This document shows, piece by piece, positions 39,867 through 50,850 of a stretch of DNA of 64,000 bases; position 1 is the stretch's first letter; each line of letters starts with the position of its first letter. The notes under the pieces are model-generated. The model had not been told where the DNA came from and did not search any database. It was given only the letters and a program-made list of their open reading frames with translations. The DNA is from Nitrospinota bacterium (GTDB lineage Bacteria; JADFOP01; DATKYB01), in contig DATKYB010000054.1 of the NCBI GenBank assembly GCA_035528715.1, positions 131 to 64,130 of the forward strand, given 5' to 3'. The position numbers and the translations under genes are program-made.

Positions 39867-40295
39867 CCAAAGTAGATCATAAGCCGGGTTCTGTACCTAA
39901 AAAATTAGGTGATGATCATTTATCTGGGACACAGGTTACCCTTTGCCTCTAGCGACCTAACCCGAAAGCATCGGACGAGCAATCCTTATTTAGAAATAAG
40001 CAACTTCGTGAATAACCACAAAGTAAAATAGCTTATATCTAAAGTGCTTCCCTATTTGGTCTTGCTCCGGATGGGGTTTGTCAGCTCTCGATGTCACCAT
40101 CGAGACTGGTAAGCTCTTACCTTACCTTTTCACCTTTGCCCTTTTAAAGATTTTTTAAAAGGGTAGTCTCTTTTCTGTGACACTTTCCTTAGGGTTACCC
40201 CTACTGGACGTTATCCAGCATCCTGCTCTGCGGAGCCCGGACTTTCCTCTAGTTTCAAAAAATTTTGAAACCAGCGATCATCTGATCTACTTTGG
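39867..40295 (-). ncRNA. rnpB: RNase P RNA, bacterial type A
   Basis: Minus-strand transcript contains P4 5'-strand AGGAAAGTCCGGGCTCC and P4 3'-strand ACAGAACCCGGCTTA; GGTGAAAAGGTAAGGTAAGAGCTTACC (P10-P12 region); GGAGCAAGACCAAATAGGG. A 13-bp P1 helix (CCAAAGTAGATCA/TGATCTACTTTGG) defines the ends. Region is GC-rich relative to its surroundings. TATAAT about 10 nt upstream of the 5' end. Confidence 0.9.
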
Positions 40296-40364
40296 TATTT
40301 AAATTATAGTTATCTTATTAATTATATTTTTTGTTCTCCTCCATGGTTTGCTTTTAAATAAAAT

Positions 40365-41069
40365 TTAATCCTCCCAATATAATATCCTGCTACAGTGGGA
40401 ACAATGAATTATCTTGCTGTTATTTTTAATATCGTTAAATTTCTGCGGTGGCATGCTCACATGACAGCCTTGACATACATAATCCTTAACATTTATTACT
40501 GCTAATCCATGACGAATCTCTTTTATTTTAATGTACTCTCTAAGTACTTTTTTATCAATAAGTTCTTCAATTTCTTCTCTTTTCTTATTCTCTATACCTA
40601 ATAACTGTTGAAGCCTCTCAACTTCTTCTTCTTTTTCCTTTTTCTCGATTTGAAATCTCTTCTCTTCTAATTCCAACCTTTCTAAATTCTTTTTGTTCTC
40701 TTCAGTTTTCTCTTCAACTAATTCCATAACCATTAGAATCTCATCCTCTATGCTGCTAATCTTCTTCTCAATCTCCTGTATTTCCGATAGTATTGCTGAA
40801 TACTCCTTGTTTGTTTTAACCTCCATGAGTTTTATCTTGGTTTTATTAAGATTATCTCTCTTAATCTCTTCTTCTCTTTCTCCATTTCTTCTTTTTTTTT
40901 GTAAATCTTCTATCTCTTGATTAATCTCGCTGACCCTCTTCTCAAACTTCTGATATTCAGAGCGCAAACCCTCTATCTCTTCAGGTATTTTGGATTTAAC
41001 TTCCTTAAAATCAGAAACCTTTAAATCGACTTTTTGTAAATTTATTAATAATTCTAAATCTCTATTCAA
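40365..41069 (-). CDS. Zinc-ribbon domain protein (COG1579/DUF164-like): long coiled coil plus C-terminal CxxC...CxxC
   Basis: About 200 aa of heptad-rich, E/K-rich helix followed by CQGCHVSMPP...CSHCSRILY. Confidence 0.8.
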   Translation of the reverse strand: MNRDLELLINLQKVDLKVSDFKEVKSKIPEEIEGLRSEYQKFEKRVSEINQEIEDLQKKRRNGEREEEIKRDNLNKTKIKLMEVKTNKEYSAILSEIQEIEKKISSIEDEILMVMELVEEKTEENKKNLERLELEEKRFQIEKKEKEEEVERLQQLLGIENKKREEIEELIDKKVLREYIKIKEIRHGLAVINVKDYVCQGCHVSMPPQKFNDIKNNSKIIHCSHCSRILYWED

Positions 41070-41110
41070 TTTAGGTATCCAATGTATTGATTGTTTGTGA
41101 AATATTATTC

Positions 41111-41145
41111 CAAAAAATAAAAAAGTGCATCTTTTATCGATGCAC
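41111..41145 (-). terminator. Rho-independent terminator downstream of the tRNA gene
   Basis: On the minus strand, GTGCATC-N7-GATGCAC hairpin followed by TTTTTTTATTTTTT. Confidence 0.55.
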
Positions 41146-41210
41146 CTTGTCTCCCTTACAAAAAACTATCTCTATTAAAATTCTAAACATCAAACAATTT
41201 TTAATCCTTT

Positions 41211-41286
41211 TGGTGGGCCCACCTGGGCTCGAACCAGGGACCTACCGGTTATGAGCCGGTGGCTCTTCCAACTGAGCTATGGGCCC
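41211..41286 (-). tRNA. tRNA with anticodon CAU and CCA encoded; most likely tRNA-Ile2 (lysidine), alternatively elongator tRNA-Met
   Basis: Cloverleaf GGGCCCA-TA-GCTC-AGTTGGAA-GAGC-C-ACCGG-CTCATAA-CCGGT-AGGTC-CCTGG-TTCGAGC-CCAGG-TGGGCCC-A-CCA. G1:C72 excludes an initiator. C4:G69, C5:G68 and C29:G41 match TilS identity elements. It lies immediately downstream of rpoD, as ileX does in E. coli. Confidence 0.9.
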
Positions 41287-41338
41287 TCGATAGATTCAAA
41301 ACTACACCATGCCTCTAAAGATTGTCAAGTTCAAATTT

Positions 41339-43099
41339 TTATTCTAACCCTTCTACGAAGCTTTTAAGTCTTTTACTCCTGCTTGGATGACGAAGCTTTC
41401 TTAGGGCCTTGGCCTCAATCTGCCTAATTCTTTCCCTTGTAACATCAAAATCTTGACCAACCTCTTCTAATGTATGATCCGTATCATTTCCTATCCCAAA
41501 ACGCTTTCTTAAAACCATTTCTTCTCTCGGTGTCAATGTCTGTAAAACTCTTACCATCTGCTCTTTTAAATTCAACTTAACCACAGCATCGGAAGGAGCA
41601 ACAAGTTTTTTATCTTCAATAAAATCTCCCAAATGACTGTCTTCTTCCTCGCCTATTGGCGTTTCTAAAGATATCGGCTCTTTAGCAATCTTTAGAATCT
41701 TTCTAACCTTTTCAATAGGCAATTCCATTCTTTCAGCAATCTCTTCAGGTATAGGCTCTCTTCCTATTTCCTGAACTAGATGTCTCGAAGTTTTTATCAA
41801 TTTATTTATTGTCTCAATCATATGAACAGGTATACGTATCGTCCTCGCTTGATCAGCAATAGCCCGAGTAATAGCCTGTCGAATCCACCAAGTTGCATAG
41901 GTACTGAATTTATATCCTCTCTGGTATTCAAATTTGTCCACCGCTTTCATCAAACCTATATTTCCTTCTTGAATAAGATCAAGAAATTGAAGACCTCTAT
42001 TCGTATATTTTTTTGCTATACTTACCACTAATCTCAGATTAGCTCGTGCCAGTTCTTTTTTTGCCTCTTTACCTTTTGACCTTCCTCTTTGAATTTTGTT
42101 TAGAGTTTCCTGAAGATTCTCATAAGACATATCTGTCTCTAACTCTATCCTTTTAATCTTCCTTTTAACGTTCCTTATACCCTTCTCAAACTCCAATAAT
42201 TTATCAAGAGAAAACTTTGACTGTTTTTTTAATGCCTCATTTTTTCTAGAGTTATTTCTCAACAATCTTATGTTGCTTCTAAGCTCATCAATATTCATTC
42301 CCATCTTTTCCAAAGGAATATCTATCTCTCTTTGGAAAATACCTATCTTATTGACTAAGACTTTGATTTTTTGAGCTAGTCTATCGATCTGATCTGAATT
42401 GAGATTAATTTCTTTTATTAACTCTACTATTTTAGATCTAGTTTTCTCCATCTCTTGGTTAAATCTATTAATATTTCTAGCTTTCTTTTTCTTCAGTTTT
42501 TCCTTAATCTTATATAATTTTTTATCATATCCCTTTATCCTGTTAATTAATTTTAAGACCCGCTTATATTCATTTTCATCATCCTCATTAATTTCTTCTT
42601 CAAAAACACCACTATCAGTGACTTGAGTTATTCCTATTTTCCGCTGTTTTAATCTCTCCTCTAGAAAAATAACTTCACTAACCGCTATAGGTGTATTAAT
42701 AACTGCATTTATTTCCTCATTTCTTCCCTCTTCAATCTTCTTTGCTATTTCAATCTCCCCTTCTCTGGTCAAAAGAGGTACTGTACCAATTTCTCTTAAA
42801 TACATTCTTACGGGATCATCAGTCTTACCCGCAATACTATCTGTTAAATCGATTGCTTTTTCTTTTTCTAACTTTTCTCTCACATAGGTCTTTATCACTG
42901 ATACTTTCTGGCTCTTTTGATCTGAATCAACTATTTCTATATCCATTTCTCCAAAAAGAATCATCATATCATCAATCTGATCAGGGGAAACAATGTTAGA
43001 AGAGAGACCATCATTAACTTCATCATAAGTAAGGAAACCTTTTTCTTTTCCTAAAGAAATGAGTTTTTTTATCGCTTTCTTTTCTAATTTTTTTGCCAT
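41339..43099 (-). CDS. rpoD: RNA polymerase sigma factor RpoD (sigma-70). The start is probably the ATG at 43099 ([12 protein letters not shown]...).
   Basis: Region 2 ([37 protein letters not shown]) and region 4 ([30 protein letters not shown]), with an acidic 1.1 region and a non-conserved spacer. Confidence 0.95.
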   Translation of the reverse strand: MAKKLEKKAIKKLISLGKEKGFLTYDEVNDGLSSNIVSPDQIDDMMILFGEMDIEIVDSDQKSQKVSVIKTYVREKLEKEKAIDLTDSIAGKTDDPVRMYLREIGTVPLLTREGEIEIAKKIEEGRNEEINAVINTPIAVSEVIFLEERLKQRKIGITQVTDSGVFEEEINEDDENEYKRVLKLINRIKGYDKKLYKIKEKLKKKKARNINRFNQEMEKTRSKIVELIKEINLNSDQIDRLAQKIKVLVNKIGIFQREIDIPLEKMGMNIDELRSNIRLLRNNSRKNEALKKQSKFSLDKLLEFEKGIRNVKRKIKRIELETDMSYENLQETLNKIQRGRSKGKEAKKELARANLRLVVSIAKKYTNRGLQFLDLIQEGNIGLMKAVDKFEYQRGYKFSTYATWWIRQAITRAIADQARTIRIPVHMIETINKLIKTSRHLVQEIGREPIPEEIAERMELPIEKVRKILKIAKEPISLETPIGEEEDSHLGDFIEDKKLVAPSDAVVKLNLKEQMVRVLQTLTPREEMVLRKRFGIGNDTDHTLEEVGQDFDVTRERIRQIEAKALRKLRHPSRSKRLKSFVEGLE

Positions 43100-43149
43100 A
43101 ATTTGTTTTTCCTCCCCATGTCTTGGCAAATTTTTTTAAATAACAAAAT

Positions 43150-44946
43150 TTATTTAGAACTATTTTTATATATTATCATTAATCTACGCTGCAATTCGTT
43201 TATCTCTTTAATCTCTCCTTTTTGTTCTGCTTCTTTCATTTTAGTATTGATTTTTTTTATCTGTGCCTTTTTATTCTTTTTCATAAATTTTTTTATACAG
43301 TCATCTAGTGCCTGATCCCATATTTTCTCTTTACCATTACCATAAAGCAGCTCTCCTTCTAAAGCCATCTTTCTAGCTAAACCAGATAATTCTACAGGTA
43401 ATTGATCAATGATATTATTTACAGTCAGCTTTTTGTTTTCATCATAAATCTTGTATACTGAAAAAATAATCTTTGATAGTTTTTCATCTCCGATTTCAGA
43501 AGGAGAAATGATTTCTCGTATCTTGTCTAATTTTTTATATAAATATGTAGTATTAGCTAGAAAAAGCCTTACAATTTCAGCCTCAAGTGTAGGCATCCTC
43601 TCTTTTTCTTTAGAATTTAGGGATATTCTCTTATGAATAGAATTTCCTTTTTGAAACTCATTCATCAACTCCTTGCTGGAAAGATTCATCCTATCAGCTA
43701 ATAAAGAAATATAGTGATTTTGTTCAATACTACTTTTCAATCTTGAGATAGTAGGCATTAGTTTATCAATACAATCTATCTTTTCTTCGATTTTATTAAG
43801 ATCCTTATCCTTTAAGGTTATGTTAATGATATATTCTACTAAGGGAAGAGCGCTTTTAATCCTTTTTGAAAATAGACTCTTGCTCTCTTTTCTAATATAA
43901 CTATCGAGGTCATATCCAGCAGGCAAAGAAACGACATATATTCTTAATCTGTCTCCAGTAAATAACTCTTCAACTCTCTTTACCGCTGATTCCCCTGCCT
44001 TATCAGAATCGAAAACCAGATATAAATTTTTAGTATACCTCTTTAATTTATATACATGATCCTTTGTAATAGAAGTACCTAAGGTAGCAACCACATTTTT
44101 TATACCATTCTGATGGGCAGTTATAACATCAAAATAACCCTCTGTAATTAAGACAGCATCCTCACTTTTAATGCTATCTTTTGACAAATTCAAGCCGAAT
44201 AGGTTCTTACCTTTTTGAAATACAATACTTTCTGGAGAGTTAATATATTTCGCAGAATCTGAGTTGTCAAGTGATCTACCACCAAATCCTATAATATTGC
44301 CTCTCATATTAAAAATAGGAAAAATAATTCTACCCCTGAATCGATCATAATATCCTTCTTTATGAGACCTTTTGATTATCAGGCCAGTTTTTTCCAATAA
44401 AGTTTCAGAAATGCCATTGGTTTTAGAATATTTCAGGAGATGGTCCCAAGAGGGAATAGAATAACCCAATTGGAATTCGTTTATAGATATCTCATTAATA
44501 CCTCTCTTTTTTAAATATAATCTGGCTTTTTCTGCAATATGGAACTCCTTAAGAAGTTTGTGAAAGTATCTCGAAGCTAAATTATTTATCTGAAAAAGCT
44601 TATCTTTATCCTCTGAAACTTCGAAAGATGTTTTTCTAATTATCTTTTTATCTGGTATATCTACCCCAATCTTAGAGGCCAAAAATTTTACTGATTCTGG
44701 AAAAGAAAAATCCTCGTACAGCATTAAAAATTGAAACACATTTCCTCCCCTTCCGCACCCAAAACAGTGAAATATTTGTTTCTCAGGGCTCACAATAAAA
44801 GAGGGGGTCTTTTCAGAATGAAAAGGACACAAACCCTTATAGTTTCTTCCCGTCTTTTTTAATGAGACAAATCCGGATATTGTCTCAACAATATCACTTC
44901 TTTCTCTTATCTCTTCAATAATCTCTTCGCTTACATACGCATCCAA
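43150..44946 (-). CDS. dnaG: DNA primase DnaG
   Basis: N-terminal zinc-binding CPFHSEKTPSF...CFGCG and a TOPRIM domain (EGYFDVI...DSDKAG). Confidence 0.95.
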   Translation of the reverse strand: MDAYVSEEIIEEIRERSDIVETISGFVSLKKTGRNYKGLCPFHSEKTPSFIVSPEKQIFHCFGCGRGGNVFQFLMLYEDFSFPESVKFLASKIGVDIPDKKIIRKTSFEVSEDKDKLFQINNLASRYFHKLLKEFHIAEKARLYLKKRGINEISINEFQLGYSIPSWDHLLKYSKTNGISETLLEKTGLIIKRSHKEGYYDRFRGRIIFPIFNMRGNIIGFGGRSLDNSDSAKYINSPESIVFQKGKNLFGLNLSKDSIKSEDAVLITEGYFDVITAHQNGIKNVVATLGTSITKDHVYKLKRYTKNLYLVFDSDKAGESAVKRVEELFTGDRLRIYVVSLPAGYDLDSYIRKESKSLFSKRIKSALPLVEYIINITLKDKDLNKIEEKIDCIDKLMPTISRLKSSIEQNHYISLLADRMNLSSKELMNEFQKGNSIHKRISLNSKEKERMPTLEAEIVRLFLANTTYLYKKLDKIREIISPSEIGDEKLSKIIFSVYKIYDENKKLTVNNIIDQLPVELSGLARKMALEGELLYGNGKEKIWDQALDDCIKKFMKKNKKAQIKKINTKMKEAEQKGEIKEINELQRRLMIIYKNSSK

Positions 44947-44964
44947 AATATAATCCTTTAATAA

Positions 44965-47328
44965 TTAATTACTTATCTCAACAATCGTGGCTCCCCATCC
45001 CCCCTCATTCATTCCAGAGGAATAAAAGTTTTTTACATGGGGATGTTCCTGAAGCATCGCAGTGATAGCCCTCTTTAATCTACCTGTTCCCTTTCCATGA
45101 ATGATCCTCACTTTGTTCAAACCGCTTATCTTGGCATTATCCAGATACTTATCCACCTTAGGAAGAGCTTCATCAATCCTGTTTCCTATAACATTCAGTT
45201 CCACAGAAAAATCTTTGAGAAAGTCTTTTTTCATAAAAATACCAGAACTCATGGCAACCCTTGATTGATCATCACCTGCCTTTGAAGAATGTCCTAAATC
45301 CTCTAGAGGAACCTGAATCTTTTTGAAATCGACCTCTACTTCTACTATAGATGGGGATTTATAACTCTTGATTACCCCCTCACACCCCAAGCTGTTGATC
45401 CTCACTATCTCCCCTATTTTGGGTTCTAAGGGGCTTCTTTTCTCCTCATAAGGCGTTTTTTGAAGATCATCAATTCTGGATTTCCATAGAGCAAAATCTT
45501 TTTGGGGGAATTTTATAATACCCTTTTTAGAATTCTTTCTTAAATCATTAACAATGTTTTCTAACTCTCTTTTTGCCTCTTTCAAGAATTTATTGGCCTC
45601 TTTGCTAAAAAGAGATTTCTCTCTTTTTAACTCCTCAATTAATAATAGCTGTTCACTCTTCTTTTCTTGGATTTCGTATTTTTCAGTAAAAATCTCCTTT
45701 TTGAGCTCTTCAATATCCCTTATCTGAGTCTCCAGTCGATCAATAAGCCGATCAACCTCATCCTTTTCCTGTTTAATTTCTCCAATAGCCCTCGAAATCA
45801 ATCCCTGAGGAAGGCCTAAATTCTTTGCAATATCAAAAGCACTGCTTTTTCCAGAATATCCATAGATTAGTCTGTATTTCGGTTGGAGGGTTTTTGAATC
45901 AAATTCTACGGATGCGTTTTCAACATCTTTGTAAGAATGAGCAAAAACCTTTAGAGAATTATGATGGGTTGTGGCCAAGGTCTTAATCCCTCTTTCCCTC
46001 AAATTATCTAGAATAGCAATCCCTAACGCAGCCCCCTCAGAAGGGTCTGTTCCTGCTCCCAACTCATCCAAAAGAACAAGAGATGAGGAATCAGATTCTT
46101 TAATAATCTTTATAATCTGTTTTGTATGAGAAGAAAACGTGCTGAGATTCTGTTGGATACTCTGTTCATCACCAATATCAGCAAATATCTTTTTGAATAT
46201 GGATATCTCGCTTCCATCCTTCACGGGAATATGCATTCCTGATTGTACCATCATACACAAGAGCCCAAGTGTCTTTAATGAAACGGTTTTCCCGCCAGTA
46301 TTTGGACCGGTTATCACAAGAATATTAAAATCTTTACCTAAGTTTATATCTATGGGAACCGTATTTTTTTTTGAGTTCCTTCTCTCCCATTCTAAAAAAG
46401 GATTTCTCGCCTGAATAAGTTTAATTTTCCCGTGAGCATTGATTACTGGTTCCACACTGTTAAATTCTATACTATATTTAGCCTTTGCCGTGATAAGATC
46501 AATTTCAGCTAAGATATCAATATTTTTCTCAATCTCGTTAAATCTTTCTCTGATTTCTTCTGTTAACCCTTTTAAAATCCTAAATTTTTCTTTCTGTTCT
46601 TCTGCTCCTAAATTGATAATTTCATTATTGAGATCAACGATTTCAAGAGGCTCAACAAAAACGGTTGCTTTACTTGTTGATATCCCGTGAACAATCCCCT
46701 TGACAGATCGATTAAAATTGGACTTTAGAGGAAGAACATACCGATCGTCCCTCACCGTAATGATCGGCTCTTGAACAACAGAAGCTCTCTTGTCCATCAG
46801 AACATTGAGTTTATCTCTTATCTCTTCCCTTTTCCTCTTTATATGTCTTCTTATCTTCTTCAATTCAGGACTCGCATCATCTACAATCTCGCCCTGTTTA
46901 TCAATCGTCTTATCAATCCTTCTGCTCAAAGAAGGAGAAGTGAATATCTCTTTGATTTTAATTTCGATATAAGGATAAGAATTCTCTAACTGTGTAAAAA
47001 ATTCTTTAATTTTTCTTGAGACGGAAAGGATATCTGCTATATCCAAGACTTGTGGGGCATCTAAAACAGCATTCTTTTTCCTGAGAATTTTAAAGATATT
47101 TCCAGGTTCTTTGAGGTTCTTAATGGGTATTTCTCCAACAGTTAAGAGAATATCCTTTATCTCTGATGTCTCTTTCAATCCTTTTTTTGTTGAGTCCCCA
47201 GAAACCTCAGGATGAAGATTTTCTATCTTAGACAGGCCTATCTCTGATTCCAAATAGGTTTTGAAAATATCCTTTATTCTCTGAAATTCCAAAACTTTCA
47301 GGGTATGATGATCCAGTGTAACTTTCAT
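44965..47328 (-). CDS. mutS2: Endonuclease MutS2 (MutS domain plus C-terminal Smr)
   Basis: Walker A GPNTGGKT, and a C-terminal Smr domain (LNVIGNRIDEA...KVRIIHGKGTG). Confidence 0.9.
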   Translation of the reverse strand: MKVTLDHHTLKVLEFQRIKDIFKTYLESEIGLSKIENLHPEVSGDSTKKGLKETSEIKDILLTVGEIPIKNLKEPGNIFKILRKKNAVLDAPQVLDIADILSVSRKIKEFFTQLENSYPYIEIKIKEIFTSPSLSRRIDKTIDKQGEIVDDASPELKKIRRHIKRKREEIRDKLNVLMDKRASVVQEPIITVRDDRYVLPLKSNFNRSVKGIVHGISTSKATVFVEPLEIVDLNNEIINLGAEEQKEKFRILKGLTEEIRERFNEIEKNIDILAEIDLITAKAKYSIEFNSVEPVINAHGKIKLIQARNPFLEWERRNSKKNTVPIDINLGKDFNILVITGPNTGGKTVSLKTLGLLCMMVQSGMHIPVKDGSEISIFKKIFADIGDEQSIQQNLSTFSSHTKQIIKIIKESDSSSLVLLDELGAGTDPSEGAALGIAILDNLRERGIKTLATTHHNSLKVFAHSYKDVENASVEFDSKTLQPKYRLIYGYSGKSSAFDIAKNLGLPQGLISRAIGEIKQEKDEVDRLIDRLETQIRDIEELKKEIFTEKYEIQEKKSEQLLLIEELKREKSLFSKEANKFLKEAKRELENIVNDLRKNSKKGIIKFPQKDFALWKSRIDDLQKTPYEEKRSPLEPKIGEIVRINSLGCEGVIKSYKSPSIVEVEVDFKKIQVPLEDLGHSSKAGDDQSRVAMSSGIFMKKDFLKDFSVELNVIGNRIDEALPKVDKYLDNAKISGLNKVRIIHGKGTGRLKRAITAMLQEHPHVKNFYSSGMNEGGWGATIVEISN

Positions 47329-47439
47329 TTACAAAAAAACCTTCCTGAATAAGAGAAATCAATCTAGGGAAAGCTTATAGGGATTATGGAGTCTAAAATG
47401 TAATTTTGGTTATTGAACAATTTAAAAAGTTTATCTTTA

Positions 47440-47478
47440 GGGAAAAAAATAACTCTTGAATACGTAAGATTCAAAAGT
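47440..47478 (-). terminator. Probable rho-independent terminator after the rpsU-yqeY unit; looks bidirectional
   Basis: Hairpin TCTTGAAT-N9-ATTCAAAA, with TTATTTTTTTCCC on the minus strand and TTTTTT on the plus side. Confidence 0.45.
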
Positions 47479-47538
47479 TTTTTACTATAAATATAGACAA
47501 AATATAAGCTCCCTCGCGGGATATATGAGATTAAGGAT

Positions 47539-47982
47539 CTAACTCAAGGCCTCCTTCACGATGCGATTCACTGTTGAACCCTCCGCCTTCCCTTTCAACT
47601 CGGCCATCAAAAGCTTCATCACCTTTCCCATATCTTTCATAGAGGAGGCTTCAGTTTGTTTGATAACTTCGTCTGCCTTTTTTCTTATATCCTCTTCCGA
47701 CATCTGTTCTGGCAGATAGGAGAGGACGATATCCAATTCTGCTTTTTCCTTCTCATAGAGATCCTCTCTTCCCCCACTCTCATAAGCCTTTATAGACTCT
47801 CTCCTCTGTTTAGACAAAGAAACAAGAATATCTATTATGTCAAGATCAGTAAGTTCATCACTTTTTTCCTTTTCAGCATTGATAATGGCTGTTCTTATCA
47901 TACGAATCGTAGATAGTTTAATCTTCTCACCATTCTTCATGGCATCTTTCATATCAGCAAACAGTTTCTCTTTTAAATCCAT
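47539..47982 (-). CDS. GatB/YqeY domain-containing protein
   Basis: 147 aa with the YqeY-like pattern; adjacent to rpsU, as rpsU-yqeY is in Firmicutes. Confidence 0.85.
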   Translation of the reverse strand: MDLKEKLFADMKDAMKNGEKIKLSTIRMIRTAIINAEKEKSDELTDLDIIDILVSLSKQRRESIKAYESGGREDLYEKEKAELDIVLSYLPEQMSEEDIRKKADEVIKQTEASSMKDMGKVMKLLMAELKGKAEGSTVNRIVKEALS

Positions 47983-48006
47983 CTTAATCTTCCTTAACTC
48001 TCCTTC

Positions 48007-48192
48007 TTATCTCATACCTCTAGAAGATTTTTTTCTTGCAGCTATTAATTTCTTTTTTCGTCTAACACTGGGCTTTTCGTAATGTTCTCTCTTTCTCACC
48101 TCTGATAAAATCCCAGACTTTTCACACTGTTTTTTAAACCTCTTCAGGGCATTCTCAAAAGGCTCGTCTTCTCTGATCTTTATACCAGGCAT
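48007..48192 (-). CDS. rpsU: 30S ribosomal protein S21
   Basis: 61 aa, basic, KREHYEKPS...RKK pattern; GGAGGGGA SD upstream. Confidence 0.9.
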   Translation of the reverse strand: MPGIKIREDEPFENALKRFKKQCEKSGILSEVRKREHYEKPSVRRKKKLIAARKKSSRGMR

Positions 48193-48295
48193 TCACATAT
48201 CCCCTCCTTCCACTTGATTTATAAAGGGTGTTCGTCTCAATTTTTATTTAAATTCAAACAAATAATCTTCTAAGTTATAAATATAATTAAATTAT

Positions 48296-48324
48296 CAATA
48301 TAATATCTACTTCAGATTTTGTCA
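48296..48324 (-). promoter_or_regulatory. Sigma70-type promoter TTGACA-N17-TATATT upstream of rpsU
   Basis: Same consensus as the mraZ and SH3b-gene promoters, about 100 nt upstream of the rpsU ATG. Confidence 0.4.
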
Positions 48325-48337
48325 ACACCCTAAAATT

Positions 48338-48703
48338 TTAAATATTTTTATCTTTTTCTTTCTTATTATCGTCGATTTTTCTAAAAAAACATGTCCGATG
48401 TCCTGTATGACATGCTTCTCCTTCTTGAATGACCTTTATTAATAATGAATCTTTATCACAATCATAATAAATTTCTCGTACTTTTTGAACATTGCCTGAA
48501 GTCTCTCCCTTTTTCCAAAGGGTTTTTCTTGAACGACTCCAAAAATGAGTAAATCCTGTCTCTAATGTTTTTCTTAAAGACTCTCTATTCATATAGGCCA
48601 TCATCAATACCTGATTATTCTCAATATCTTGTATAATAGTTGGCATAAGACCCTTTTCATTAAAAGCTAATTCATTGATTATTTTCATTTGATTTTCCTT
48701 CAA
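48338..48703 (-). CDS. hisI: Phosphoribosyl-AMP cyclohydrolase HisI, monofunctional with no HisE fusion
   Basis: 121 aa with the WSRSR..LW.KGETSG...D.D.D..L and C..C..H motifs. Confidence 0.9.
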   Translation of the reverse strand: MKENQMKIINELAFNEKGLMPTIIQDIENNQVLMMAYMNRESLRKTLETGFTHFWSRSRKTLWKKGETSGNVQKVREIYYDCDKDSLLIKVIQEGEACHTGHRTCFFRKIDDNKKEKDKNI

Positions 48704-48706
48704 ATA

Positions 48707-49465
48707 TTATAATCTTATAACTATTCCTCTCTCTTGAAGATATCTTTTTGCCTCTCTTATTGAATACTCTTGATAATGAAAGATTGAAGCAGCTAATACA
48801 GCATCAGCCCCTCCTTTTGCCAAACCTTCATAAAGATGTTCTAAGGTTCCTACGCCTCCTGAAGCAATAACAGGTATGCCCAACAAGTCTGATACTTTTT
48901 TGGTCAACTCTAAATCATAACCATCTTTCGTGCCATCTCTGTCCATACTCGTTAAAAGAATTTCTCCCGCTCCTAACTCTTCTGACTGTTGTGCCCATTC
49001 TATTGCATCTAAACCGGTTGGCGTCCTACCCCCATGAATATAAACTTCCCAAGTATTTCCATTTTTCCTCTTAGCATCTATTGCAACAACAATGCATTGA
49101 CTTCCAAACCTTTCGGATGATTCTTTTATAAAAAGAGGCTCCTTTACTGCTGTGGTATTTATAGAAACCTTATCAGCTCCGGCTTTTAACAATTTCCTTA
49201 TATCTTCTATGTTTCTTACACCACCTCCAACAGTTAAAGGCATAAAAACCCTTTCAGCAGTCTCCTTTACCACCTCTAATATAATATCCCTGTTTTCATA
49301 GGAAGCGGTTATATCTAAGAATACGATCTCATCTGCACCCTCTTTGTCATATATCTCGGCATTCTCAACAGGATTTCCAGCATCCTTTAAATTGATAAAA
49401 TTAATCCCTTTAACTACCCTACCGTTTTTAACATCCAGACATGGTATGATCCTTTTAGCAAGCAT
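48707..49465 (-). CDS. hisF: Imidazole glycerol phosphate synthase cyclase subunit HisF
   Basis: (beta/alpha)8 HisA/HisF family ([16 protein letters not shown]...). Confidence 0.95.
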   Translation of the reverse strand: MLAKRIIPCLDVKNGRVVKGINFINLKDAGNPVENAEIYDKEGADEIVFLDITASYENRDIILEVVKETAERVFMPLTVGGGVRNIEDIRKLLKAGADKVSINTTAVKEPLFIKESSERFGSQCIVVAIDAKRKNGNTWEVYIHGGRTPTGLDAIEWAQQSEELGAGEILLTSMDRDGTKDGYDLELTKKVSDLLGIPVIASGGVGTLEHLYEGLAKGGADAVLAASIFHYQEYSIREAKRYLQERGIVIRL

Positions 49466-50201
49466 TGATATTCCTCTTTCTTTTTACCAGTCTTAGTGCC
49501 TCTTTAAAATCTATGGACTTTTCATAGAGGGCCTTTCCTATAATCATTCCTTCAATATTACCCTCTTTTAAATTCGAAATATCTTCAATATCCTTTAAGC
49601 TAGAAATTCCTCCTGATACAATCAGAGGTATCTTTATAGAAGGGGCCAACTCCTTTACTCCTTGAATATTCGGACCAGTCATCATTCCATCCCTCTTGAT
49701 ATCTGTATAAATAATAGCCCTTAGCCCCAAACCTTCAAATTCCTTCGCTAAATCTCTGGCCCTTTTTCTAACAACCTGAGTCCATCCCTTAACAGCGACA
49801 TATCCATCCTTAGCATCTAACCCTAGAATGATTCTATCCGGAGAAATTCTACATGCCTCCTTTACCATACCATGATCTTCAAGAGCTGCGGTGCCTAGAA
49901 TAACTCTATTTACACCAACAGAAAAATATTCCTCTATAGATTTAAGGGTCCTTATCCCCCCTCCTAATTCCACCGGGATCTTTATTGAAGAAACAATCTG
50001 CTTTATAATATCAAAATTTACTGGTTTCCCTTCAAAGGCGCCATCGAGGTCCACTAAGTGAAGCAACTCAGCTCCCATATCAACCCATTTTTGAGCCATC
50101 AAACAGGGGTCATCAGAATATATGGTTTCTCTATCTCTCTCTCCCTGAATGAGGCGCACACATTTTCCAGCTTTTATGTCTATCGCAGGTATGATAAGCA
50201 T
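49455..50201 (-). CDS. hisA: ProFAR isomerase HisA
   Basis: HisA family ([17 protein letters not shown]...); overlaps hisF by 11 nt. Confidence 0.95.
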   Translation of the reverse strand: MLIIPAIDIKAGKCVRLIQGERDRETIYSDDPCLMAQKWVDMGAELLHLVDLDGAFEGKPVNFDIIKQIVSSIKIPVELGGGIRTLKSIEEYFSVGVNRVILGTAALEDHGMVKEACRISPDRIILGLDAKDGYVAVKGWTQVVRKRARDLAKEFEGLGLRAIIYTDIKRDGMMTGPNIQGVKELAPSIKIPLIVSGGISSLKDIEDISNLKEGNIEGMIIGKALYEKSIDFKEALRLVKRKRNINAC

Positions 50202-50202
50202 A

Positions 50203-50820
50203 TTATATCAATTCACCAAAATTCCTCAGGATATTTAAACCAGTGGTCTGACTCTTTTCTGGATGGAATTGAGTGGCAAAGATATTATCCTTGTAAACAC
50301 TTGATGTGAATTCAATTCCATATTTTGTTGTCGTAGCAATAATGTCTTTATCTTCAGGTATCGGATGATAGGAATGAACAAAATATACAAAGGAGTTATC
50401 TGGCAGCCCCTTAAAAAAAGGGGAATTCTTTTTAAATTTAATATTATTCCATCCCATATGAGGAATCTTTAGCCTTGCTCCATTTACTGTTTGAGGAAAG
50501 CGAACAACCTTTCCCTTTAAAATATCTAATCCAAGGCTTTTCCCGAACTCTTCACACTCAGAAAAAAGAAGCTGCATCCCAACACAGATTCCCAGAAAGG
50601 GCTTTCCCTTTTTTATTGAACTTAAAACCACATCCACAAGTCGATAGCTCTGAAGATTATTCATACAGGCTCCAAAAGCACCTACACCAGGTAATACAAG
50701 GGCAGATGCCTTTTTTATGATATCAGGATTACTGGTAATAACCGCATCTTGCCCAACCCTCTCAAGGCCTTTTTGAACACTTCTTAAATTTCCCATTCCA
50801 TAATCTACAACAGCAATCAT
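50203..50820 (-). CDS. hisH: Imidazole glycerol phosphate synthase glutamine amidotransferase subunit HisH
   Basis: Class I glutamine amidotransferase triad region (LGICVGMQ...H..E). Confidence 0.95.
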   Translation of the reverse strand: MIAVVDYGMGNLRSVQKGLERVGQDAVITSNPDIIKKASALVLPGVGAFGACMNNLQSYRLVDVVLSSIKKGKPFLGICVGMQLLFSECEEFGKSLGLDILKGKVVRFPQTVNGARLKIPHMGWNNIKFKKNSPFFKGLPDNSFVYFVHSYHPIPEDKDIIATTTKYGIEFTSSVYKDNIFATQFHPEKSQTTGLNILRNFGELI

Positions 50821-50850
50821 ATCAACTTCACTTTTTTGAAAAATCTTGTT

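Noticed and set aside
39867-40295. Considered tmRNA (ssrA) or 6S RNA for the GC-rich structured region upstream of mraZ
   Set aside because: The minus strand carries the RNase P P4 strands (AGGAAAGTCCGGGCTCC / ACAGAACCCGGCTTA) and other type-A conserved blocks. There is no tRNA-like 3' end or tag-peptide ORF.
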